Positions 1 through 8,157 of a stretch of 26,111 bases of DNA are shown piece by piece. The notes below the pieces were generated by a model. It saw nothing but the letters and a program-made list of their open reading frames with translations, ran no database searches and was not told where the DNA came from. The position numbers and the translations under genes are program-made. How positions within the stretch are numbered: position 1 is the stretch's first letter; every line of letters begins with the position of its first letter. The DNA comes from Candidatus Brocadiia bacterium (GTDB lineage Bacteria; Planctomycetota; Brocadiia; SM23-32): positions 1-26,111 of the forward strand of contig JBKHIT010000064.1 in assembly GCA_046538485.1 (NCBI GenBank), given 5' to 3'.

Positions 1-51
1 AGGTCCGAACAACGGGATGGAGGCCTTGATTTCAGGTCTCGAAAGGGGTAG

Positions 52-441
52 CTTGCCGATGAGACCGGCGTGCTGTGCACCACCGCCTTCAAAAAACGCT
101 ACAGCAATGCGTATGCACGCGCCAGAGATTGGATTGAGCAATTCGATCCCGAGCAGTTGTACTGCATTTCCATCGACTACGCTTCTGCGCAATACGCGAA
201 CGATTCTCCGCGGACCCTGTTTCTGCTGGATTTCGCCATTCACATTATTGATCTGGTGGGCTTCCTATTCGGCGACGTGGCGAAGGTGTTTGCCGCCGCT
301 CGTGGACGGGATGCGTACGCCGTCAGCCTGAAGTTTGAGAACGGTTCCGTGGGAAGTCTGAACCTGAACTGCGGGCGGTCTTCTTCCGTACCCACCGAAG
401 AGGTCGAGATCACGGCGGGGGGGGGTAATTTCATGACTCTG
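52..441 (+). pseudogene. Internal fragment of a Gfo/Idh/MocA-family oxidoreductase, truncated at both ends
   Basis: Frame 1 reads LADETGVLCTTAFKKRYSNAY...LLDFAIHIIDLVGFLFGDV...SLKFENGSVGSL...EEVEITAGGGNFMTL, the middle/C-terminal part of this family. An in-frame TAG at 49-51 precedes it, so the NAD-binding N-terminus is absent. Beyond ~441 the ORF runs antisense into the next gene. Confidence 0.7.
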
Positions 442-456
442 CAGCGGAGTGTCACC

Positions 457-1581
457 CTACTGTTTCTCCCCCCACTGCTTCTTCATGCTCTTCATTTCCT
501 CGTTCAGTTCTATCTTCTCACCGGGACACTGATTGACGTCGTCGTAGAGCCAATTGCCCTGGTTGTCGCGCAGAACCGGCTTGCGTTGATCGACGGACGG
601 GGGAGTCGCCACGGGGTGGGGTTCCTGGGCGTACCAGTAGGCCACCGATGACATCTCGTTGGCCAGGTGGTTGCCATGACCGTGTTCGATGGTCACTTTG
701 ATCTCCTCCTGGAACCGCACCGGGTTTTCGATGTGGTGCACATAGCTTGTTTGATAGCCATCGGTATTACTTTCGTGGATGGATGAGCCGTTCCGCATGA
801 AAGCATTATCCTGCATGCCCCAGGCCTGATTAAGATAATCTTCGCTGCCGGTTCCGTGCAGGTCTGGCGGCCATTCATAACCATCGACCCAGATCATATC
901 ATCGCCTTCACCCCACCAGGTGCCCTGGAAATTTGTCACCGACAGATTGCATCCGATGTAGTGTCCCCGTCCCTCGGTTTCCAGGATCACGTAGTTGTTC
1001 TCCCAGGCTTCTTTCTCTTTGTTCACGATATTGGCTTCGGCGGTGTTCACCCGCACCTCGTGTCCCCAGCCGCCGAAGGGATTAGTGCGTCGGAATTCAG
1101 CGTGGAAATATCCGCGATCCGTCGGCGCTTTATCGCATGTCTCGTAATCAACGTAAAAATACTGGCGGTGTTTTTCATTACTTTCATTAATCAACTCAAC
1201 GACCGCGCGTTCTTTGAAAGGCATTTCCACATAACTGTTGAGCGCGCAGCCCTGATTAAACTGATTGTTCGAACGCGTGGATGCTGTGAACAAGAACGAC
1301 TGGTAGCTGTTGACGATATTGTGTCCGAGCCCAAAAAAATCTCCGAGGGGAACCAGCACACCGGGCTCATCCTCATTGTCCCAGGTGAATTTCAACAGGC
1401 ATTCCCGGTAATGATTGCGCTGCGTCATCCAGATATGGGTGATCGCTCCAGGCCCTTTGATATCTGCAAGGACTTTGGTCTCTCCTGGTTCAATGGTCCA
1501 CGCGTCGTTATTCCGTCCGGTTGTGTCCCACGATGAACAGCGTGCCGTTTGGCTCTCACGCAACTGGGATAAATCTCGCAT
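457..1581 (-). CDS. DUF2961 / glycoside hydrolase family 172-like protein (~374 aa)
   Basis: Motifs SSWDTTGRNND, GPGAITHIWMT, VPLGDFFG, WWGEGDD, HGTGSEDY, IEHGHGN, SSVAYWY. Start moved from 1689 to ATG 1581, which has AGGAG/GGAGG directly upstream. Confidence 0.88.
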   Translation of the reverse strand: MRDLSQLRESQTARCSSWDTTGRNNDAWTIEPGETKVLADIKGPGAITHIWMTQRNHYRECLLKFTWDNEDEPGVLVPLGDFFGLGHNIVNSYQSFLFTASTRSNNQFNQGCALNSYVEMPFKERAVVELINESNEKHRQYFYVDYETCDKAPTDRGYFHAEFRRTNPFGGWGHEVRVNTAEANIVNKEKEAWENNYVILETEGRGHYIGCNLSVTNFQGTWWGEGDDMIWVDGYEWPPDLHGTGSEDYLNQAWGMQDNAFMRNGSSIHESNTDGYQTSYVHHIENPVRFQEEIKVTIEHGHGNHLANEMSSVAYWYAQEPHPVATPPSVDQRKPVLRDNQGNWLYDDVNQCPGEKIELNEEMKSMKKQWGEKQ

Positions 1582-1761
1582 CCTCCGAACTCCTCTCCGA
1601 TCTTCAAAAAGAGACAACATTTGGCGATGCCGGTGGATGATATCAAGCCGGATGAATCCGATCAAATTACCGAAATGTGTCGCCTGCATCTTTTCCCAAT
1701 TATTAAATCACGTCAGTTTTACTGGGAAATCCGAAAAAGCGTCTCGCTTTGCTTTTCCTGA

Positions 1762-1787
1762 CCCCTGATTTGTAATAACATCAGGGG
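1762..1787. promoter_or_regulatory. 8-bp inverted repeat in the divergent intergenic region (possible operator or hairpin)
   Basis: CCCCTGAT-N10-ATCAGGGG between the divergent starts at 1581 (-) and 1864 (+). Confidence 0.3.
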
Positions 1788-1863
1788 CTTTCTGGGTTCT
1801 GAAGGCACTGACCAGTGTTCCGGCGCAAAGCAGCCGGACAGTTTAACATAAGGAACCTGTACC

Positions 1864-2742
1864 GTGAATATTGTTAATCCCTTTGAGACTGACGGCGTTT
1901 GGCTGAAAGCGAATCTGCACAGCCATACAACCAAATCCGATGGGGATACCGAACCCCAGCAACGCGTTGCGCAGTACGCGGAGGCCGGGTATGATGTCCT
2001 TGCCATTACGGATCATAGAGTTGTGACTTCCATCGATTCATTGGATGCAAAAGGGATGACGCTTTTGCGTAGCCTCGAAGCGCACCCGACATGCCCCGGG
2101 GGGCCGGTGTATCATCTTGTCTGCCTGAACGTTGACCCCGATTTTTCATACGATGAGGATCAGCGCGCGAACGATATGATCGAAAGTGTCCGGCAGCATG
2201 GAGGAGAAGTGATTGTGGGCCATCCGTATTGGTGTGGCCATACCGTTCAGCAAATACTTGCCCTTAGAAACGTCGTCGGGCTTGAAGTTTACAATGCAAC
2301 ATGTCACAAAAAGGGCAAAGCGGACAGCACTACATTCTGGGATTATTTACTTGCAACCGGAAATATGTTCCCAGCCATCGCCGTCGACGATGTACACCGT
2401 GGTCGCGATATTTTCATGGGATGGACAATGATCCGAGCGGATTCGTCCAGTTCCGATGACGTGATGCAGGCGCTCAAACGAGGCAGTCACTATTCTACCT
2501 GCGGGCCGGAATTCGTGGATCTCCAATATGAAGGAGAGACCCTATCTGTATCGACCAGTCCCGTCATGGAAATTGGTTTCATCTGCGATGGCCCAAAAGG
2601 AAAAAATGTTCGGGCGGACGAGGGCAGCACGCTGAACGCAGCATCGTTTTCGCCGCCTGACTCAGCGGAATATGTCCGAGTACAATTGGAGGACGAGAAA
2701 GGAGATCGTGCTTGGTTGAACCCATTCTGTATCCGTAGCTGA
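1864..2742 (+). CDS. PHP-domain metallohydrolase (CehA/McbA-like)
   Basis: PHP metal-ligand motifs KANLHSHTTKSDG, LAITDH, GHPYW, GLEVYN, AVDDVH; C-terminal beta domain (YVRVQLEDEKGDRAWLNP); AAGGA upstream of GTG. Confidence 0.85.
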   Translation: MNIVNPFETDGVWLKANLHSHTTKSDGDTEPQQRVAQYAEAGYDVLAITDHRVVTSIDSLDAKGMTLLRSLEAHPTCPGGPVYHLVCLNVDPDFSYDEDQRANDMIESVRQHGGEVIVGHPYWCGHTVQQILALRNVVGLEVYNATCHKKGKADSTTFWDYLLATGNMFPAIAVDDVHRGRDIFMGWTMIRADSSSSDDVMQALKRGSHYSTCGPEFVDLQYEGETLSVSTSPVMEIGFICDGPKGKNVRADEGSTLNAASFSPPDSAEYVRVQLEDEKGDRAWLNPFCIRS

Positions 2743-2853
2743 AGCCTGGTAAACGTGAAAAAGGTCTGATCCATACTTGCTGCAAACAAGTCCGGCGGAC
2801 GGATTAGTTCTGGTTCGGTGAAAACCTCTGGCTGAAAGGAAGAGCGCATACCT

Positions 2854-4587
2854 ATGCTACTATTGACGTCTTCCCCGGACCGCTTTCGTTCTCTGCTATT
2901 TTGGGTTTTGACCTGTAGTTTTGTCATAGCTGGCGGTTTGTTTGGATTCGGAATGATGTGTTGTCAAAGCATAACGCCGCGTCCGGAAACCCTTCCGATT
3001 AATAATGATTCTCCTGAAGTAACCAACGATTCGTTTTCGTTGAATCGTCCTTCTCCGCGGACCCCAACGTCTCAAAAAATAATCTCAGAATTTGCCCGCA
3101 AAAACCCGGGAAATTGGAAGAAAACGGGGAAAGTTTGGGCACCACGGGTGCTCCTGGCCAGGTTCGAGAGCCAGAAAAACCTTCCGGAGACCAATAGTTA
3201 TCTTCAAGGCGTCCAGCCATGGAGCCGGCCGGGATCCTCCTGGGCCGGGCATTCCGGTGACTATGATTTTACGGAAGTCACACTCACGACCATTTTATAC
3301 CGGTTTGGTGACCGTCCGAAGATATTGTTTCCGGAAACCCGACGTCATATTCTCAATTCCTTGCTGCTGGAAGAGGGGGGAGAACCGCGTCTTACTGTGC
3401 CGAAAAGTCTCGGGACGGTTTATGAGACAGAAAACCATGTGCTGATGACGGAGAGTTCCCGTTTTCTGAAAAACCAGTGGATGTGGGATCATGGCCACAA
3501 AGAACCGCGCTACAATAACGCGGAAAACGGTTTGTTTGATTGGCTTACGGGGTATCTGAACCGGATTCAGGTGAAAGGTTTTTATGAATTTAACTCTGTG
3601 CCATACCAGGGGTATGCTACGCAAGCCCTTCTGAATTTAGAAGCTTTTGCCGAAGCGGATGCGGTGAAGGGCTTGGCCCGGAGGATCCTTGACCAAATGA
3701 CCGGTCACTATGCGTTGGGGAGCCTCCAGTTACGCCAGGTGGTCCCGTTTCGACGCCAGTTGCGACGAGCTGATTCTGACAGTCTGACGCTCAATTATGT
3801 GAACGCTATTATGTCTGTGTGGGCGGCCCCGGTCGATGGCCCGGCTCGAAAAATTCAAAAGAACAGGATCCATGTCTTCACCGCGGCCATTATGGACTAC
3901 AGGCCCCCCAAACGGACGCTTCGTCTGGTGAGAGAAAAACCGGATGAATATTTCCTGCGGATCGGGCATGGCAAGAGCGCCAGTCCTGAAATTTTCTCCG
4001 GGGGACCGGGATATCTTATCTCAGCAGGTGGTGTTTACCGGGGGGTTAAGGAACGTATCGTGGCGCGGCCGACCACGCTTTTACTCAAAGATGGAGCAAA
4101 AACGCTGGACGGATGTTTTCATTTGCCGGGGGAGGGGAAGTGGCGCCAATGGAATAACACGGGTGTCCACCGTCGGTTCGCCTGTGCCGAAGGTCCGGTC
4201 CATATCCCCAAACAGTACAAGCCCCGCTGGCAGAGCCAGGTATGGAAGATATTCGCCCCGGCCGAGTTGTCGGACTACGTCGTGGCAGTTCACACCACCG
4301 ACAAGATAGGGCTTCTGATGGTTGTGGAGACAAAGAATCGGACTATGAGGGAGATCGGGGCGGCTTTCCAACGGAAAAACCCTGTTCCCAAAGATCTCCA
4401 GCACACTTTTAGATGGCCATCAGGAAAAACTCTCACCTATGATGTTCACGCACCCACCGGCCAATGGGTGATTTGCGAGGTGAACGGTGAGAGAACTTCG
4501 CGAGAATACGATCAATGGAAGTATCCGCACACTGTCTTGCATAGACCTGCCAGATGGATCAAATCCGAACCGCCATCGGATGATTGA
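2854..4587 (+). CDS. Hypothetical protein with N-terminal hydrophobic anchor/signal; possibly a heparinase II/III-like alpha/alpha toroid
   Basis: 577-aa ORF; hydrophobic LLFWVLTCSFVIAGGLFGFG then a Pro/Ser-rich linker; motifs TENHVLM and GFYEFNSVPY. The CDS is solid, the fold assignment is tentative. Confidence 0.6.
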   Translation: MLLLTSSPDRFRSLLFWVLTCSFVIAGGLFGFGMMCCQSITPRPETLPINNDSPEVTNDSFSLNRPSPRTPTSQKIISEFARKNPGNWKKTGKVWAPRVLLARFESQKNLPETNSYLQGVQPWSRPGSSWAGHSGDYDFTEVTLTTILYRFGDRPKILFPETRRHILNSLLLEEGGEPRLTVPKSLGTVYETENHVLMTESSRFLKNQWMWDHGHKEPRYNNAENGLFDWLTGYLNRIQVKGFYEFNSVPYQGYATQALLNLEAFAEADAVKGLARRILDQMTGHYALGSLQLRQVVPFRRQLRRADSDSLTLNYVNAIMSVWAAPVDGPARKIQKNRIHVFTAAIMDYRPPKRTLRLVREKPDEYFLRIGHGKSASPEIFSGGPGYLISAGGVYRGVKERIVARPTTLLLKDGAKTLDGCFHLPGEGKWRQWNNTGVHRRFACAEGPVHIPKQYKPRWQSQVWKIFAPAELSDYVVAVHTTDKIGLLMVVETKNRTMREIGAAFQRKNPVPKDLQHTFRWPSGKTLTYDVHAPTGQWVICEVNGERTSREYDQWKYPHTVLHRPARWIKSEPPSDD

Positions 4588-4771
4588 TTGCTTGGACGGA
4601 CATGGCATGCCAAATTCTGCCATAAGTGTCGTGATATCAAAAGAAAATGACCAGAGACGAGGAAATGAATGTAACGTCCGGAGCGTACTGTTTGCCCCCG
4701 CATTCTGTCCCAAGTATCATTTTGAGAAGAAACAATGAATTCCAGCAGATCAGTTATCAGGGAGAAAGATT

Positions 4772-5833
4772 GTGCAGTGGTCAACTGAGCCGGAGACTTT
4801 GTTAACCATCGAACCGACCGAAGAAGCACCCCGCAACTCAGAAGGGGCTATCATCGAACTCGGTGACGGACGCCTTCTGCTGGCTTACAGCCATTTTACC
4901 GGGGGCGGGGCCGATGCCGCGACGGCCCATATTGCGTCTCGCATATCCGACGACGGGGGGCGGTCGTGGAGTGATGACGCTGTCCTGCAGGAATGTGTGG
5001 GCGACCTGAATGTGATGTGCGTCTCGCTTTTGCGATTGCAATCCGGGGATATTCTTTTCGGGTATATGATCAAGAACGCGTGGGATGATTGTCGGTTTTT
5101 CGTTCGACGTTCCTCGGATGAAATGAAGACGCTCAGCGAACCGATCTGTGCCACGGACGAAAAGATTTACCATGTGATTAACAATGACCGTCTGATTCAG
5201 CTCAGCAGCGGCCGTTTGCTGGTCCCCGCGGCTCTGCATTCCTGCGAGGACGGAACGCGTGAGACCTGGAGCAGCCGGGCGGACGCCACGTGCTATTATT
5301 CCGATGATGAGGGGGAGAGCTGGAACCGGGCGCCCGGTACATTAACGATTCCAGACAGGATTGAAACGCATACAGGTCTGCAGGAACCCGGTGTTGTTGA
5401 GCTGGGAGACGGACGCGTTTTTTTGTGGGCGCGGACGGATCTCGGGACCCAATACGAGGCGATTTCCGAAGATGGCGGCGAAACCTGGAGTGAACCTCGT
5501 CCCGGTCCACTCGTATCGCCCGTCGCACCGGCTTCAATCAAACGGTTGTCTGAAACGGATGACCTGATGGTTGTCTGGAACGATCATTCGGGGCAGCATC
5601 CGTTTCCGGAGGGGAAACGTACGCCACTATGCGCCGCCGTTTCCCGGGACGAGGGCAGGACTTGGGAAAAGAGCAAAGTTCTGGAAGATAATCCCGATGG
5701 TTGGTACTGTTACATAAGCATGACTGTGGTTGATGATGCGGTGCTGCTGGGCTATTGTGCCGGAGATTCGGACGTCGGGGGGCTCAACCGACTGAAAATC
5801 ACCCGCGTGCCGCAGAGATGGCTTTACGAATGA
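4772..5833 (+). CDS. BNR/Asp-box sialidase-family (GH33-like) protein
   Basis: Four Asp-boxes (SDDGGRSW, SDDEGESW, SEDGGETW, SRDEGRTW), RNSEG, QEPGVVEL, RTPL, YCY; GGAG upstream of GTG; no signal peptide. Confidence 0.88.
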   Translation: MQWSTEPETLLTIEPTEEAPRNSEGAIIELGDGRLLLAYSHFTGGGADAATAHIASRISDDGGRSWSDDAVLQECVGDLNVMCVSLLRLQSGDILFGYMIKNAWDDCRFFVRRSSDEMKTLSEPICATDEKIYHVINNDRLIQLSSGRLLVPAALHSCEDGTRETWSSRADATCYYSDDEGESWNRAPGTLTIPDRIETHTGLQEPGVVELGDGRVFLWARTDLGTQYEAISEDGGETWSEPRPGPLVSPVAPASIKRLSETDDLMVVWNDHSGQHPFPEGKRTPLCAAVSRDEGRTWEKSKVLEDNPDGWYCYISMTVVDDAVLLGYCAGDSDVGGLNRLKITRVPQRWLYE

Positions 5834-5867
5834 TTTGTGGGTTGGTCTGGCGGAAGAGTGATAAATC

Positions 5868-6559
5868 TTGTGGGCCTTCAGCCCACAGAGAATGCGAAAC
5901 GCGACATTACCCCGGGCTAAATTGTCATCAGCCCGTTGGGGCTGAACGGCCGGCGTGTGCGGCACGCGATGTTATCCCGGGGCGCCGCGATCTTTCAGAC
6001 CGCGTTACCCCGGGCTAAATTGTCATCACCCCGTTGGGGCTGAACGGCCGGCGTGTGCGGCACGCGATGTTATCCCCGGGCGCCGCGATTTTTCAGACGG
6101 CGTTACCCCGGGCTAAAGTGTCATCACCCCGTTGGGGCTGAACGGCCGGCGTGTGAGGCACGCGATGTTATCCCGGCCGCGACGATCTTTCAGACGGCGT
6201 TACCCCGGGCTAAATTGTCATCACCCCGTTGGGGCTGCGCGGCCGGCGTGTGAGGCACGCGATGTTATTCCCGGGTCGCGGCGATCTTTCAGACGGCGTT
6301 CCACCGGACTATATTGTTGCACCTCGGTGGGGTCCAGAGACCAGGGCCATGATGGGGTGATACGGTGGGCCGAAATGCGGGCGTAAATTCTGCTTACGAA
6401 ATCTGCTTAAGAGGCAGCTTTGTTGGGCGTTGGGCCGGGCGGGGATTGCAAGAGGACTGAAAGTCCTTAAGATATTAGCCCGGGCTGAAGCGGGCCAGAG
6501 GTCCGCAGAGGCCCGGGATACAGGACCGGGAAAAGGATAGGTGGGCTGAAGGCCCACAA
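5868..6559 (+). mobile_element. Non-autonomous REP-bounded repeat element, copy 1 (terminal inverted repeats + 98-bp array + conserved tail)
   Basis: TTGTGGGCCTTCAGCCCAC (5868-5886) is the exact reverse complement of GTGGGCTGAAGGCCCACAA (6541-6559); each end is itself a GTGGGC-N5-GCCCAC hairpin. A second near-identical copy starts at 25542. No credible ORF. Mobility is inferred from the dispersed copies. Confidence 0.7.
5907..6335 (+). repeat. Tandem array of four 97-99-bp units plus a degenerate partial fifth
   Basis: Units start at 5907, 6005, 6103, 6200 and 6299 (degenerate). Approximate consensus TTACCCCGGGCTAAATTGTCATCACCCCGTTGGGGCTGAACGGCCGGCGTGTG(C/A)GGCACGCGATGTTATCCC...GCGATCTTTCAGAC(C/G)GCG. 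Confidence 0.95.
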
Positions 6560-6586
6560 TATTTTACTGAGCGGGAGATATGAACA

Positions 6587-8089
6587 ATGTCGACACCTGA
6601 TGTAATCGAAATCGGTTCACGCCGGGAGCTTTTTGTCGATGATTACCTGATTGAAAGCATGGGTGATGATTTATGTCTGCGACTCCACAATCCGACACCG
6701 CAGGAAGTCGTGCTGTATACCGACAAACCCTGGGAAGGACCCATGTGCACGTACATCACTGTATTCCAGGACGACGACATCGTCCGCATGTATTATCTGG
6801 GGTGGGATCTCGATCTTGACTCGGCCAGCGACAGCGATGGAGGGAAGCGTGCAGAACCGCATCCGATGGGGGTGTGCTATGCGGAAAGCAAAGACGGCCT
6901 CAACTGGCATCGTCCGGACCTGGGAATTATCGAATTTGAGGGCGATTCGAACAACAATATCATCTGGCAGGGCGCGGGCGAAAAACAGCACGGCGTCCAC
7001 GGTTTCGCACCGTTCAAAGATCCGCGGTCGGATATCGATCCCGCCCAACGTTACAAAGCGGTTGGCGCCGATCGCCGGGCGACCCAGGGACACCTGTATG
7101 CAATGGCGTCGCCTGATGGCGTTCACTGGCAACTCCTGCAGGAAGAACCGATCCTGCGTCACGGCGAAGACGGTTCCTTCGATTCACAGAACCTGGCGTT
7201 CTGGGACTCAGAACGGGGTGAGTACAGGATCTACGTGCGCGATTTTCACACGAGGGAAGAAGGAGGCAATTACCGCGATATCAAGACCGCAACATCGCCG
7301 GATTTTGTCAATTGGACTGACACCGAGTGGTTATCGTACCCGGATGTGCCCATCGAACAGCTCTACACAAATCAGGTCATGCCGTATCACCGGGCACCCC
7401 ATATTTTTGTGGGATTTCCCAGCCGATACGTTGAACGTGAATGGTCTCCGGCCATTGAAGCACTTCCGGAACCGGAACACCGGCGAAAACGAGCCGATGC
7501 GAACCCGCGATACGGCACAGCCATCACTGATGGCCTTTTCATGAGCAGCCGGGAGGGGCGGACGTTCAAACGGTGGGGGGAAGCTTTCATCCGCCCCGGT
7601 CCGCAGCTTGAGAACCAATGGGCCTATGGCGACAATTACCAGGCCTGGGGGATGATTGAAACGCCATCAGCGCTCCAGGGAGCGCCACCGGAATGGTCGT
7701 TTTTCGCGCGGGAAGGCATCTGGCGTGGAGACGGGATGAATATCAGACGCTACACCCTTCGCAAGGATGGGTTTGTCTCGATCAATGCTCCCCGCAGCGG
7801 CGGAGAATTTGTAACAAGGCCCCTGATCTTCGATGGAGATACGCTCGAAATAAACTTTTCGACCTCCGCGGCCGGGAACATCCGCGTAGAAGTTCAGGAT
7901 GAACAGGGCCGCCCGATACCCGATTTTACTCTGGAAGAATGTGTGCAGCAGATCGGTGATGAACTGGATCGGGTAGTCCAATGGGAGACGGAAAATGACC
8001 TTGCCGAGATTTCGGGACGGCCCGCGCGGCTCCGGTTTGTGATGACCGACGCAGATTTGTATAGTCTGCGTTTTGCCGGAAATGAATGA
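6587..8089 (+). CDS. Uncharacterised beta-propeller glycosidase-like protein, paralogue 1
   Basis: 500 aa; IGSRRELFVD, KPWEG, RMYY, CYAESKDG, FDSQNLAFWD, LYTNQ, RRYTLRKDGF, C-terminal RLRFVMTDADLYSLRF; GGAG upstream. Resemblance to the GH32/43/130 five-bladed superfamily is an inference. Confidence 0.75.
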   Translation: MSTPDVIEIGSRRELFVDDYLIESMGDDLCLRLHNPTPQEVVLYTDKPWEGPMCTYITVFQDDDIVRMYYLGWDLDLDSASDSDGGKRAEPHPMGVCYAESKDGLNWHRPDLGIIEFEGDSNNNIIWQGAGEKQHGVHGFAPFKDPRSDIDPAQRYKAVGADRRATQGHLYAMASPDGVHWQLLQEEPILRHGEDGSFDSQNLAFWDSERGEYRIYVRDFHTREEGGNYRDIKTATSPDFVNWTDTEWLSYPDVPIEQLYTNQVMPYHRAPHIFVGFPSRYVEREWSPAIEALPEPEHRRKRADANPRYGTAITDGLFMSSREGRTFKRWGEAFIRPGPQLENQWAYGDNYQAWGMIETPSALQGAPPEWSFFAREGIWRGDGMNIRRYTLRKDGFVSINAPRSGGEFVTRPLIFDGDTLEINFSTSAAGNIRVEVQDEQGRPIPDFTLEECVQQIGDELDRVVQWETENDLAEISGRPARLRFVMTDADLYSLRFAGNE

Positions 8090-8157
8090 CCACATGGATT
8101 GCGGAAAAGATGAAGAGGAAAAATCAAACAAAATGACGATGAAATCGGAGGGAGCAA

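Noticed and set aside
442..651. Hydrophobic C-terminal extension of ORF 70-651 suggesting a membrane fusion protein
   Set aside because: It is the antisense reading of the 3' end of the DUF2961 gene.
5831..5840. TGATTTGTGG occurs near both element copies (5831-5840 and 25533-25542)
   Set aside because: Offsets from the element ends differ and the positions do not fit a target-site duplication; may be chance.
5907..6335. CRISPR array interpretation of the 98-bp repeats (also 25801-26111)
   Set aside because: Units are similar along their whole length with no unique spacers, and there are no cas genes in the window.
6309..6557. 82-83-aa ORF present in both element copies (also 25539-25790) and other short ORFs across the array
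   Set aside because: The identity simply reflects the DNA repeat; the start lies in the terminal hairpin and no transposase or other motif is visible.
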